A DNA stretch of 35,289 nucleotides from Candidatus Enterousia sp. (GCA_045634405.1 JAZRAD010000049.1:1-35289); one strand, 5' to 3'. Counted from the first letter of the stretch, positions 9,259 through 18,255 are shown. Program-made: numbers and translations. The notes: a model not told the origin generated them from the letters alone.

Positions 9259-10602
9259 ATGACAACAAACAAGAAACTTTATTTACATAAAATTCTGACA
9301 TCTGTTATCGGATGTATGTTTGTTATATATTCTGCAAATGCGACCAGTGTATCATCACGTGGTGGTCAACGCGCAACACAGGCGGCCGCACGTGCAAACA
9401 CACAAAAGGTATCAACAACAAAAACAGTTGAAAAAAAATCAACAACAAAAACTGTCGCCAAAACAGACATCGAACAAGAACTGGAAGAAAAGTTAGTAAT
9501 TGAAAACAAATCATCACAATTTGACGACTTTTTAATCGAAGTAGCAGAAACACAAAACGCAGACAGCGACCAAGATTTGGCCGAGAAAATCAGAAAACAG
9601 CGCGAGGCTTTTAACGCCCAATCCGCCAAGGATGTCGCCATCACAAAAACAAAAACCGCATTATCAACTGGCAAGAATGATTGCGACCAAAAATTGCGTG
9701 CTTGTATGAAAACAAAATGTGGCGAAGACTTTACAAAATGCGCCGGCGACACAGACACAATATGGGGCGACAAATTGGATTTATGCCGCCAAGGCATCAC
9801 TTGTACTGGTACTGAATACAACCTGTTTACCCAAGAAATAAAGGCCGACCGTGATTTAAATCAACAGCTGGCAGGCTACAAATCAATTGTCGATTGCGGC
9901 AACAGATATAACGATTGTATTATCACCCAATGCGGAACAACATTTTCAAATTGCTTGGGCAAATCTGCAGGCGACGCAGCGATAAAAAAATGTGAAAAAA
10001 TCGCAAACGAATGCAAACAACAGGACAGCGGTATGTCTGCCCGTGTTGCCGAAGTGATGGGCAACCTGCGTGTAAATGCCGAAGAACTGATCGCACGCGA
10101 CGAACAACGTCTGTACGACCTGCGCGATCAAATGCGTGCAACGTGTCAGCGTCTGGGCGCATTATTTGACGACCGCACATTAGACTGCGTATATTCCATT
10201 GAATTCCACGGTGGTGAAAGTGGCGATTTGATGGCTTCAAAAAAAGCATACGCCGGAACCAGTTTCAATTGCGACGCAGACTGGTTTGGCGTTGACGTAA
10301 CCACATTTATGGAAAATGCAGCCCGCCTGACAAAATCAACCAAATCTGCAACATCTGCGGCATTAGGTGCCGGCGTCGGTGTTGGTGTTGGCGCATTAAC
10401 ATCTGGCGCAATCGGTCGCGCAATGGACACAGCTAAGGCCAAGAAAGAACTGGACGAAGCAGAAAACGGCACCAAAGAAGAACAAAAAGCTGCAAAACAA
10501 CAAGAAAAACAAGATAAAAAAGATCAAAAACAAGCAGAACGAGACCAGAGAAAGGCAAATAGAGTCGCAGCAAAAAAATTAAAAGAAGGGAACAATACCT
10601 AG
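9259..10602 (+). CDS. secreted cysteine-rich protein (Cys-module family, member 3) with a C-terminal Gly-zipper segment and a K/E/Q-rich tail
   Basis: AGGAA SD before the ATG. N-terminal hydrophobic signal, then an S/T/R/K-rich region. Two tandem C-x6-C-x4-C-x6-C modules (CDQKLRACMKTKCGEDFTKC and CGNRYNDCIITQCGTTFSNC). AALGAGVGVGVGALTSGAIG followed by a lysine/glutamate tail. Confidence 0.8.
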   Translation: MTTNKKLYLHKILTSVIGCMFVIYSANATSVSSRGGQRATQAAARANTQKVSTTKTVEKKSTTKTVAKTDIEQELEEKLVIENKSSQFDDFLIEVAETQNADSDQDLAEKIRKQREAFNAQSAKDVAITKTKTALSTGKNDCDQKLRACMKTKCGEDFTKCAGDTDTIWGDKLDLCRQGITCTGTEYNLFTQEIKADRDLNQQLAGYKSIVDCGNRYNDCIITQCGTTFSNCLGKSAGDAAIKKCEKIANECKQQDSGMSARVAEVMGNLRVNAEELIARDEQRLYDLRDQMRATCQRLGALFDDRTLDCVYSIEFHGGESGDLMASKKAYAGTSFNCDADWFGVDVTTFMENAARLTKSTKSATSAALGAGVGVGVGALTSGAIGRAMDTAKAKKELDEAENGTKEEQKAAKQQEKQDKKDQKQAERDQRKANRVAAKKLKEGNNT

Positions 10603-10689
10603 GAAGGATGGCAAATAATACCGCTAAAAACAACGAGTTAAACAACACAACAACCACAAAAAAATAACACAACAAAATAATTATTCGGT

Positions 10690-10825
10690 CATTTCCCCCA
10701 TTCCTGCGCAGGCGGGAATCCACTGCGTCGCAGACAGTTATTCTTTTACCCCTGCATTACAAACCCACCTCGTAACTGCGTGACACCACTCCCGCACCCA
10801 ACCCCAACACAAGTCAGGGAATTAT
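10690..10825. repeat. C-rich and relatively GC-rich intergenic element with a REP-like palindrome
   Basis: attcctgcgcaggcgggaat (10700-10719) forms an 8-bp stem (one G-U pair) with a gcag loop. ctgcgtcgcag (10723-10733) is a second palindrome. A C-rich tract cccacctcg...cccgcacccaaccccaacac follows. Composition stands out by eye from the AT-rich surroundings. Confidence 0.5.
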
Positions 10826-10842
10826 TTTGATTTTTTTTATCA

Positions 10843-10871
10843 TTGCGGGGAATTGCAAAAAATGGTATAAT
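10843..10871 (+). promoter_or_regulatory. extended -10 promoter for the 10903 gene
   Basis: TTGCGG (10843-10848), 17-nt spacer with TG at 10863-10864, TATAAT (10866-10871). Confidence 0.5.
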
Positions 10872-10902
10872 ACACTCCATAGACAGGGAGAGAATTTTAT
10901 CC

Positions 10903-11565
10903 ATGAAACGCATTGCATCTATCTTTATCGCATTATCATTATGCACCCTGCCCTGTTTTGCAGAAACTTCATCAATTCCTAGCGCAGAAATTAATCCCAC
11001 TCTGGCAAATCAAAACGAACAATTAAAAGGCAAAGTTGCAACACTTAAAGTAAAAGAAATAGAAAAACCTGAAATAAAAAATATAATAAAACCAATACTT
11101 AACTCCAAGGATTTGTTAAGTGCATTCTGCACAAAGACACAAGGCAAAAAAACAGAATTAGGCACGGTAAAGTGTAAAAAAAACGCTATCACCATTACAT
11201 GTAATGAAAATAAAACAGAAAATAAAACAACATTTTCAAACAACAAATACGACTTTTCAATAATCTGTCCTGATGGCGACAACAAAACATCATACAGCAT
11301 AGAAGTAGTTTTAGCCAAAAAAGCCCAAAAAAAAGCCGATGAAGCTTCACAAAAAACAAATTGCAAAAAAGATGGCCATGGCGAATGGAACGACACACTA
11401 AATAAATGCAACTGCAACAGCGGATATGTGTTGGACGAATCGCCTGGAACCTGCGTCAAAGAAACAACAGCATTCAAAAATGCAAAAGAAAAACTGACTG
11501 CGCTTAAATCAACGCTAGATGATGTCGTGAAAGAAATAGAGAAAAAACAACCACAAGAACAATGA
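10903..11565 (+). CDS. secreted Lys-rich protein with a C-terminal CxCNS cysteine module
   Basis: The ATG at 10903 gives the signal peptide MKRIASIFIALSLCTLPCFA; the upstream extension in the ORF track has none. C-terminal CKKDGHGEWNDTLNKCNCNSGYVLDESPGTCV. ATGA stop/start overlap with the next gene. Confidence 0.75.
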   Translation: MKRIASIFIALSLCTLPCFAETSSIPSAEINPTLANQNEQLKGKVATLKVKEIEKPEIKNIIKPILNSKDLLSAFCTKTQGKKTELGTVKCKKNAITITCNENKTENKTTFSNNKYDFSIICPDGDNKTSYSIEVVLAKKAQKKADEASQKTNCKKDGHGEWNDTLNKCNCNSGYVLDESPGTCVKETTAFKNAKEKLTALKSTLDDVVKEIEKKQPQEQ

Positions 11566-12785
11566 AAAAACTTGCATTAACATCTTTACTAATTGTTTTA
11601 TCACTGCCCGCGTTTGCAGACACTGAAAATTATACATCAAAATTTACTGATGTAGAAACAATACAAGACGCATATGCAACATACAGGGCAAACGCCGATG
11701 CAATTATAAAAGAAGCAAAAAAATTTAAAGCAACAAATTCAGAAATAAAAAATCTGGAAAAGATTCGTGACACTGTTTTGGCAGATAACCCAACAACAAA
11801 ACCAAAAGAACGAACCAAAACAGAACTAACTCCCGAAGAACAAGCAGAAAAAGAAGCAAAAGTCGCAGCTGCCCAGGAAAAATATGACGCCGCCAAGGCC
11901 GAAGAACAATCTGCAGAAAACAAACTGTTGGGCGCAACAACAATGATGGCAACAGGTATGGGCGCAATGGAACTGGCATCCAGTATGTCTGAACAAAAAG
12001 CAGACCAAGAAGCCGAAGATGAAATGCGCGCTTACCTTTCTACATTCTATTGCAAATACGGCAGTAAACGTGTCCCAGGTGGCACCAAAAACGCAGAAAT
12101 TGGTGGTGGTAACGAACTTATCAACCTGTACGCACAATATGTCAATCTGGCAAATGATTTAAAAGCACGCAAAACTGCACTGGGCATCGCCCCAGGTATC
12201 GAATCCGAAGCAATTTTAGACAACGCAACCGCCGGCCTGCACGACGATGAAAATATTGGCAAACGTGGCGGTATGTTCACATCACTTGCACGTGCATTAC
12301 AAGACCCAACCGGCGAAGACGCAAAGAAATGGAAAGCGCAACAAGAAGAATCTGCCAAGGGTATCAAAGACGGTGCAACTGCACTGGGGGTTGGCGCAAT
12401 TGGTTCGGCGGTTATTGACCTGGCAATGAATCACACCGGCGACAAAGACGAAGACAAAGAAGATGAAGAAGAAAAAGAATTAACAGATACCGAAAAATCA
12501 GAACTGTGCAACAAAGGTGAACTTGGCAATTGGGACGCCGATACAAAAACATGTACATGTAACAGTAATCATGCAATCTGGGGAACAAGTTTAGTATTTA
12601 ACAGCGAATTACATATATGCACAACTCTAACAGACCAAGATATCAAGAATCTGACCAAAAAAGAGAAAAAAGAACTGCAAACTTGCAACAAAAGCGCATC
12701 ACAATACGTATGGAATAAAACAACGAAAAAATGCGTAGACAAATCAAAAATTAAAGAAAAGAATAAATCTAAATTCGCGATATAA
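11562..12785 (+). CDS. secreted protein with coiled-coil, Gly-zipper segment, acidic linker and CxCNS cysteine modules
   Basis: Signal peptide MKKLALTSLLIVLSLPAFA. GATALGVGAIGSAVIDLAM followed by DKDEDKEDEEEKE. CNKGELGNWDADTKTCTCNSNH is paralogous to the module in the previous gene. Translationally coupled to it (ATGA). Confidence 0.8.
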   Translation: MKKLALTSLLIVLSLPAFADTENYTSKFTDVETIQDAYATYRANADAIIKEAKKFKATNSEIKNLEKIRDTVLADNPTTKPKERTKTELTPEEQAEKEAKVAAAQEKYDAAKAEEQSAENKLLGATTMMATGMGAMELASSMSEQKADQEAEDEMRAYLSTFYCKYGSKRVPGGTKNAEIGGGNELINLYAQYVNLANDLKARKTALGIAPGIESEAILDNATAGLHDDENIGKRGGMFTSLARALQDPTGEDAKKWKAQQEESAKGIKDGATALGVGAIGSAVIDLAMNHTGDKDEDKEDEEEKELTDTEKSELCNKGELGNWDADTKTCTCNSNHAIWGTSLVFNSELHICTTLTDQDIKNLTKKEKKELQTCNKSASQYVWNKTTKKCVDKSKIKEKNKSKFAI

Positions 12786-12835
12786 GTTCCTGGCCTTGTA
12801 TTCCTGGTATATGGAAAACTTTACGCTGTTTTTTC

Positions 12836-12864
12836 TTGCAGGTACAAATTTGTTCCCATATAAT
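12836..12864 (+). promoter_or_regulatory. sigma70-like promoter for the HAD gene
   Basis: TTGCAG (12836-12841), 17-nt spacer, TATAAT (12859-12864). Confidence 0.55.
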
Positions 12865-12904
12865 CTGACAGAAAACCCACATCCAAAATAAAAGGATTTT
12901 ATTT

Positions 12905-13510
12905 ATGCTGCAGAAAACAGATGTTGTTTTATTTGACTTTGACGGAACGCTGTCTGCATTTGATTCAAATGTTGAATTTGCAAAGTACTGCTTTCGTCAT
13001 TCCGTACGCCCTTGGTTCTTTATACCTGTAATTGCATTTGGGCTGGCATGCAAATTTTTAAATCCAGATGGCATCTGGTGGCGTCAGGTTTCACGCTGTT
13101 TTTTAACTAAAAAGATGGTAAAAAAACTGGCACCTGGTTTCATCAAACAACATAAACGCAATCGATTCGGTTGGGCCAAAGAACGTGTCCAAAGCGAACG
13201 TGACGCCGGTCGCAAAGTATTATTGATTTCCGCATCTGCAAACTATCTGTTGCGTCCACTGGTTCGCGATATGAATTTTGACGCAGTATTTTGTTCCGAA
13301 ATGGAAGAAGACACACCATGGAAATATAAATCACTATGCTGGGGACAAACCAAGGTTTATACAATGGACGAATGGGCCAAAGAACATAAATTTATCCCAA
13401 ATGTTGTACGCGCTTATTCAGACAGCAAATCTGATTTGCCAATGATGGAAATCGCAGCTGAACAGATCTGGATTGACCCAAAAACAGGTATGAGAAAAGA
13501 ATCCTGCTGA
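12905..13510 (+). CDS. HAD-superfamily phosphatase (HAD-IB-like)
   Basis: Motif I VVLFDFDGTLS near the N-terminus, LISAS (motif II-like), and YSDSKSDLPMM (motif IV). AAGGA SD before the ATG. Confidence 0.8.
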   Translation: MLQKTDVVLFDFDGTLSAFDSNVEFAKYCFRHSVRPWFFIPVIAFGLACKFLNPDGIWWRQVSRCFLTKKMVKKLAPGFIKQHKRNRFGWAKERVQSERDAGRKVLLISASANYLLRPLVRDMNFDAVFCSEMEEDTPWKYKSLCWGQTKVYTMDEWAKEHKFIPNVVRAYSDSKSDLPMMEIAAEQIWIDPKTGMRKESC

Positions 13511-13541
13511 TTTAACAATCATAATATATTATGATGCTTTT

Positions 13542-13802
13542 ATGGCAATCATAGACACACTTTTTGATGTACTAAGCGCGACAATCGGCGCAATTGGTGG
13601 TGCAACTTTTGCATTCTTTTTAAACAAAAAACGCAACAGACAAATGGTGCGACAATCACAAATCAGTCGCCAAGAACTAACCGCGCTGCGCGAAGAAAAC
13701 GAACGATTGTTACAACAAATCAAAACCAAAGAAGACATAATATTAAAAATGCAAATGCAATTATTATCCACACCTGCAAAAAATAAAAATACAAAAAAAT
13801 AA
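13542..13802 (+). CDS. small membrane-anchored coiled-coil protein (86 aa)
   Basis: N-terminal Gly-rich hydrophobic helix LSATIGAIGGATFAFFL, then a heptad-like segment ELTALREENERLLQQIKTKEDIILKMQMQ. Ends at a terminator. No clear SD. Confidence 0.55.
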   Translation: MAIIDTLFDVLSATIGAIGGATFAFFLNKKRNRQMVRQSQISRQELTALREENERLLQQIKTKEDIILKMQMQLLSTPAKNKNTKK

Positions 13803-13826
13803 TGCCCCAAACGGGGCATTTTCTTA
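13796..13826. terminator. bidirectional intrinsic terminator
   Basis: Hairpin atgccccaaacggggcat with an A-run on the left and a T-rich run on the right. Lies between convergent genes. Confidence 0.8.
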
Positions 13827-14144
13827 TAAGATATCAACCAGTTTTACTTTGAACACAACAGCCTTGCCCGCCAAGCCTTCGACATATGGTTCAGGGAAAG
13901 TAATGTTGACATCACGTTCTTCACCCTCTGCCATGCCGACCAACTGTTCTTCAAAACCTGGAACAAATGTATGACTGCCTAATTTCAATTTATAACCACT
14001 GGCCGTACCACCATCAAACTGTGTACCGTCCAAGAAACCAGCAAAATCAATTACAACTGTATCACCATTTTTTGCAGTTTGCTGACCACATGCTGTCAAA
14101 CCTAATACTGCCAAAACACCCATAACAGACGCTATTTTTTTCAT
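13824..14144 (-). CDS. FKBP-type peptidyl-prolyl cis-trans isomerase lipoprotein
   Basis: AAAGGGGAAG SD before the ATG at 14144. Lipobox [71 protein letters not shown] matches the FKBP / trigger-factor PPIase domain pattern. Confidence 0.85.
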   Translation of the reverse strand: MKKIASVMGVLAVLGLTACGQQTAKNGDTVVIDFAGFLDGTQFDGGTASGYKLKLGSHTFVPGFEEQLVGMAEGEERDVNITFPEPYVEGLAGKAVVFKVKLVDIL

Positions 14145-14167
14145 AACTTCCCCTTTTTTATTCATTT

Positions 14168-14731
14168 TTATTGATTATAAACACATCTGAAACCATATTC
14201 ACGCATGGCGGCACCTTCAGCCTCTATTCTATAATCAAAATAAGGCGTTGGACGCATTACATCAAATGATGGTTTATCATAAACCATAACTATACTGTCC
14301 GCATTACGGCCACACACGCGTTTCATTTCATAGTCTGCAACCTTGGCCAACACAGAACGAATATCGCCATCAATGTCCATACCGTCTGCATTCTGCATCA
14401 AGCGCAAACGCATTTCACGCATATCTGTTCCACCAAGCAGGATTTCAACACGAACCATTGCACCCTTGTATTCTTGCCAACGTGTTTCCTTTCTTGCGGT
14501 TTCCCAACGATTATTTGTTTGTTCTTTTTCAGCAGCAGTTTTTGGATTGAACGAATCGATATTGGAATACTGATTTTCCGCCTGCATAAATTCACTGGTA
14601 CGTTCATTATACAATGGCGCATCAGGTCCACCCTGTGCAAAGTCAGTTTCATTATATGGCACATCGCCACCATTTGTACAGCCAGCCAACACCAGCGCAC
14701 CTAAAATTGCAAATAAAAATGATTTTTTCAT
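14168..14731 (-). CDS. lipoprotein, unknown function
   Basis: Signal plus lipobox [18 protein letters not shown]. 23 nt upstream of the PPIase gene, so probably one operon. Confidence 0.7.
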   Translation of the reverse strand: MKKSFLFAILGALVLAGCTNGGDVPYNETDFAQGGPDAPLYNERTSEFMQAENQYSNIDSFNPKTAAEKEQTNNRWETARKETRWQEYKGAMVRVEILLGGTDMREMRLRLMQNADGMDIDGDIRSVLAKVADYEMKRVCGRNADSIVMVYDKPSFDVMRPTPYFDYRIEAEGAAMREYGFRCVYNQ

Positions 14732-14814
14732 GTTTTGTTCTCTCTTATCTTTTTTACAATTTTATCAAATAAACAGTTTTGATTCAAGTCACGATTTATG
14801 ATAAAATAACATTG

Positions 14815-15774
14815 ATGTCAAATATTGTTCTGGAATCTTTATTAAAACCACTGGAAGAATTCTACAAACCATCGTTCGTAGAAGAAATCGCAATAAATCA
14901 TGCTGGCGAAGTATGGATGCGTCTGCATGGCGCGCGTGTTCCATGGGCATCTTATAAATCCGAAATACTTAGCAAACAATACTTGGTTGACCTGATTCAT
15001 ACAGTGGCCAATATTTACGAGCGCCCATTTGACCCAATACATGGTATACCTGTGGTATACGCAACATTACCAGGGAATCACCGTTTTACTGCAATCGCAG
15101 GTCCAAACGTTCAATATGACGAACATGATATCACGGGTGGCGTTGCTCTAAACATTCGTGGTGGCGGTGCACACGATACCAGTTTTGAAAACTATCATCT
15201 GCGTCGTGGTCAACAATTATTAAAAGTTAAACCGCGTGAAAATATACGTCCAGACGACCCATACGAAAGACTGATGTCCGCAATAAATGACGGCAGTCCT
15301 ATTTTAATAAGCGGCGCAACAGCAACCGGTAAAACAACATTCTTAAATCATATGCTGACGTTAATCGACCAAAACAGTCGTGTTATAACCGTCGAGGACG
15401 CACGTGAAATTCGCGTTCCCCAAAAGAATCGGGTGCACTTTATCTTGTCACGTACAGAACAAACAAATAACTTTAACTATGCACGTCTGCTGGACTTGGT
15501 TGTGCGTATGACCCCAGACGTAATTATCGGTGGTGAAATTTCAACAGACAACGCATCTGTACTGTGGGAAATGTTGGGTACTGGTCACGACCATTTCTAT
15601 ACAACAATTCATGCTGAAAATTCCGAGGCAGCATACGCTGCATTCGCAGACAGAATCTTACACACCCAACCTGCATACGACCGCACAGATTTAATTACAG
15701 AAATGAAAAAGAAAATTCGTGTCGTTCAGTTATCACGCGACGGTTCGCTGCGTGCAGTTACCGAAGTTGTTTAA
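14815..15774 (+). CDS. virB11: VirB11/TrbB-family secretion ATPase (orphan in this window)
   Basis: Walker A GATATGKTT, Asp box ITVEDAREI, Walker B PDVIIGGEI, His box GHDHFYTTIHA. About 320 aa, which is the VirB11 size. The ATG at 14815 is preferred to the TTG at 14779. Confidence 0.8.
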   Translation: MSNIVLESLLKPLEEFYKPSFVEEIAINHAGEVWMRLHGARVPWASYKSEILSKQYLVDLIHTVANIYERPFDPIHGIPVVYATLPGNHRFTAIAGPNVQYDEHDITGGVALNIRGGGAHDTSFENYHLRRGQQLLKVKPRENIRPDDPYERLMSAINDGSPILISGATATGKTTFLNHMLTLIDQNSRVITVEDAREIRVPQKNRVHFILSRTEQTNNFNYARLLDLVVRMTPDVIIGGEISTDNASVLWEMLGTGHDHFYTTIHAENSEAAYAAFADRILHTQPAYDRTDLITEMKKKIRVVQLSRDGSLRAVTEVV

Positions 15775-15803
15775 AAAAATCCCTAATCAGGGATTTTTAT
15801 TTT
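15773..15803. terminator. bidirectional intrinsic terminator
   Basis: Hairpin atccctaatcagggat flanked by A- and T-runs. Lies between convergent genes. Confidence 0.75.
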
Positions 15804-16408
15804 AATCCGAATTTATATACTGCACCAAAGTAAAATTCTGTAGCACTGACATCTGTGGTCGCAAATTTATTTCCATGTTCAACAGCACCATAGTACTGAT
15901 ACTTTAGCCCCAGATTTGCATCAACACGATTATTCAGTGCAAAGTTTAGACCAACCATCGCCTGATAAGAAAAGTCAAATGCCATATCTACCTTGTGATA
16001 CATATCAGAATCAACATCCGCCCAAATACCAGACATACCAATACCAACACCAACATACGGCGATATTGCACCAGAAAACTCTTGGAATAAATACATATTA
16101 AACATATTTGCCCATACATCATAATTAAAATCTGTTACCCCACGTTGCGATTCTCCACCAGTATAAGATGTTTCAAATTCTACCTTTACATAATCACTAA
16201 GACGATTACCAACAACCGCCCCCAATCCAAAATTATCACGACGCAACGTTGTTGTACCGCCATTTTCTAGGTTATACGCAAACGCAATATTTTCATTCTT
16301 GTGAATTCTGAAACCGACGTAATTATCACATGCATTTTCATCACAATAATCTGCCATAACAGGACTTGCCAACAATGATACACATAACGCAAACAATACT
16401 TTTTTCAT
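15797..16408 (-). CDS. small outer-membrane beta-barrel protein (OmpA-like / Omp25 / opacity-type barrel)
   Basis: Signal peptide MKKVLFALCVSLLASPVMA. Alternating aromatic/hydrophobic strands, Gly-rich turns, and C-terminal ...FYFGAVYKFGLK. Confidence 0.75.
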   Translation of the reverse strand: MKKVLFALCVSLLASPVMADYCDENACDNYVGFRIHKNENIAFAYNLENGGTTTLRRDNFGLGAVVGNRLSDYVKVEFETSYTGGESQRGVTDFNYDVWANMFNMYLFQEFSGAISPYVGVGIGMSGIWADVDSDMYHKVDMAFDFSYQAMVGLNFALNNRVDANLGLKYQYYGAVEHGNKFATTDVSATEFYFGAVYKFGLK

Positions 16409-16488
16409 GAATACCTTCCTTTATTTCACTGATTGTATCTTTATAAATTCTGCTAAAAAACGCAAGGTATTTATGATAAAATACATAC

Positions 16489-18255
16489 ATGCAGAAACAA
16501 AACACCAGATATCGCAAACCAGAACAAACGCCTAAATCTTGGAAATGGCGATTGTTTGTATACATATTCAATGCGATGCTGTTATGCGGGGTTGCCGTTG
16601 GCGCCTATGTTTCAGTTATATATCTGCGAATGCCATCATTGGATGCAATATTACACGAAACCAGACCTGCATCTGTAACATTCTTGGATAATTCTGGCAA
16701 TAAAATCCGCAGTGCAAATCGCATTATGGGAACACCTGTATCTGTAGACACCCTGCCCCCACATGTTTGGCAGGCGATAATTGCAATTGAAGACAAAAGA
16801 TTTTTCAAACACGGTCCAATTGATTTGCGTGGCATAACACGCGCAGTATTTTCAAATCTGGCATCTGGGCGAATTGCGGCGGGCGGTTCAACAATAACTC
16901 AGCAGACAGCCAAAAATATTTTCTTATCTCGCGAAAAAAAGATTTCACGCAAGGTTCAAGAACTAATCCTATCACACTGGTTGGAAAATAGATTTACTAA
17001 AAATCAAGTACTGGATTTATATATGAATCGTGTATCATTGGTTGGTGGTATGCGTGGAATTGACGCTGCATCACGCATACTGTTTCAAACACCTGCAAGC
17101 AAATTATCAATTGGTCAGGCTGCGCAAATCGCTGCTATGTTAAAAGCACCAACAACATACAGCCCACTGCGAAACCCAGAAAAAAATATTGAACGTGCGC
17201 GCGTCGTTTTAACAGAAATGGTACGCCAAGGATATATCACAATAAACCAAGCACGTTTTGCAGCCCAAAATCTGGAACCCGCAACTGTTGCACCTGATAC
17301 GAATTTATATCGTTACTGGACAGATTTTGTAATGGACGAACTGCGTTCCAGAATTGGCGAATTTGATTCAGATATGTATGTTCATACAACACTAGATATG
17401 GGTCTGCAAAGCAAAGTTGCCGCAACAATATCAAACAAGGTCGGCACATACCAAGGTGCAGTTATTGCGATGACCCCAGACGGTGCATTACGTGCAATGT
17501 CTGGCGGGCGCGATTATCAATCCAGTCAATTTAACCGTGCAACATCCCCACGCCAACCCGGCAGCAGTTTTAAACCTGTGGTATATCTGGTTGCATTAGA
17601 AAATGGTATGACACCTGATTCATATGTAAATGATTCACCGTTTGCAGTTGGGGATTACAACCCAAAGAACTATAACGAAAAATATTATGGCGACATTACA
17701 TTATCTACTGCATTTGCAAAAAGTGTAAATTCTGTACCACTTAAACTGACCAAAGAATACGGAATTGATTCCGTGTTAAATATGGCAGGCCGATTGGGTG
17801 TTGGCACAAAACTGCGCCGCGAATATTCAACAGTACTTGGCGCATCGGAAATGAGTCTGCTTGACCTGACAAACATTTATGCAGTTATTTGGAACAATGG
17901 GTATTCTGTGCGGCCATATTCAATAACCAAGATTACAGACAGCCATGGCAACATTATATACGAACGTAATCCGTCTGAACCTATTCAAGTGCTGCAACCA
18001 CAAACAGTTGAATATATGTCGCACCTGCTGGCAGATGTTGTCACCGTCGGTGGCACAGGTGGTCGCGCACGCGCAAACGGTGTACTGGGCGGCAAAACAG
18101 GCACCAGCAACAACAACCGTGACGCATGGTTTGTTGGCGCGACAAAAGATATAATTATTGGAGTATGGATGGGCAATGATGACTTTACCCCAATGAATTC
18201 AAAAATCACAGGTGGCACAATCCCCGCAGAAATATTCAAGGAAATAATTCAATAA
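16489..18255 (+). CDS. mrcA: class A penicillin-binding protein (glycosyltransferase GT51 + transpeptidase)
   Basis: N-terminal TM helix. GT51 motifs EDKRFFKHGPID, GGSTITQQTAKN, RKVQELILSHWLE. Transpeptidase motifs SSFKP (SxxK), SVN (SxN), KTGTS (KTG). Confidence 0.9.
   Translation: MQKQNTRYRKPEQTPKSWKWRLFVYIFNAMLLCGVAVGAYVSVIYLRMPSLDAILHETRPASVTFLDNSGNKIRSANRIMGTPVSVDTLPPHVWQAIIAIEDKRFFKHGPIDLRGITRAVFSNLASGRIAAGGSTITQQTAKNIFLSREKKISRKVQELILSHWLENRFTKNQVLDLYMNRVSLVGGMRGIDAASRILFQTPASKLSIGQAAQIAAMLKAPTTYSPLRNPEKNIERARVVLTEMVRQGYITINQARFAAQNLEPATVAPDTNLYRYWTDFVMDELRSRIGEFDSDMYVHTTLDMGLQSKVAATISNKVGTYQGAVIAMTPDGALRAMSGGRDYQSSQFNRATSPRQPGSSFKPVVYLVALENGMTPDSYVNDSPFAVGDYNPKNYNEKYYGDITLSTAFAKSVNSVPLKLTKEYGIDSVLNMAGRLGVGTKLRREYSTVLGASEMSLLDLTNIYAVIWNNGYSVRPYSITKITDSHGNIIYERNPSEPIQVLQPQTVEYMSHLLADVVTVGGTGGRARANGVLGGKTGTSNNNRDAWFVGATKDIIIGVWMGNDDFTPMNSKITGGTIPAEIFKEIIQ

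Noticed and set aside
10433-11000. Minus-strand ORFs 10433-10723 (MDSRLRRNGGNDR...) and 10746-11000
   Set aside because: They run through the 3' end of a well-supported gene, the palindromic element and the next gene's promoter and signal-peptide region. The RRNGGND-type peptide is the known artefact of translating this kind of palindromic repeat.
9323-12367. Numerous antisense ORFs inside the Cys-rich genes (e.g. 9366-9821, 9923-10249, 11010-11477, 11826-12137, 12047-12367)
   Set aside because: They lie opposite long, signal-peptide-bearing, translationally coupled plus-strand genes and have no independent expression signals.
14168-16408. Interpreting the VirB11 neighbourhood as a type IV secretion locus
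   Set aside because: No other T4SS component can be recognised among the neighbours. Only the ATPase itself is supportable.
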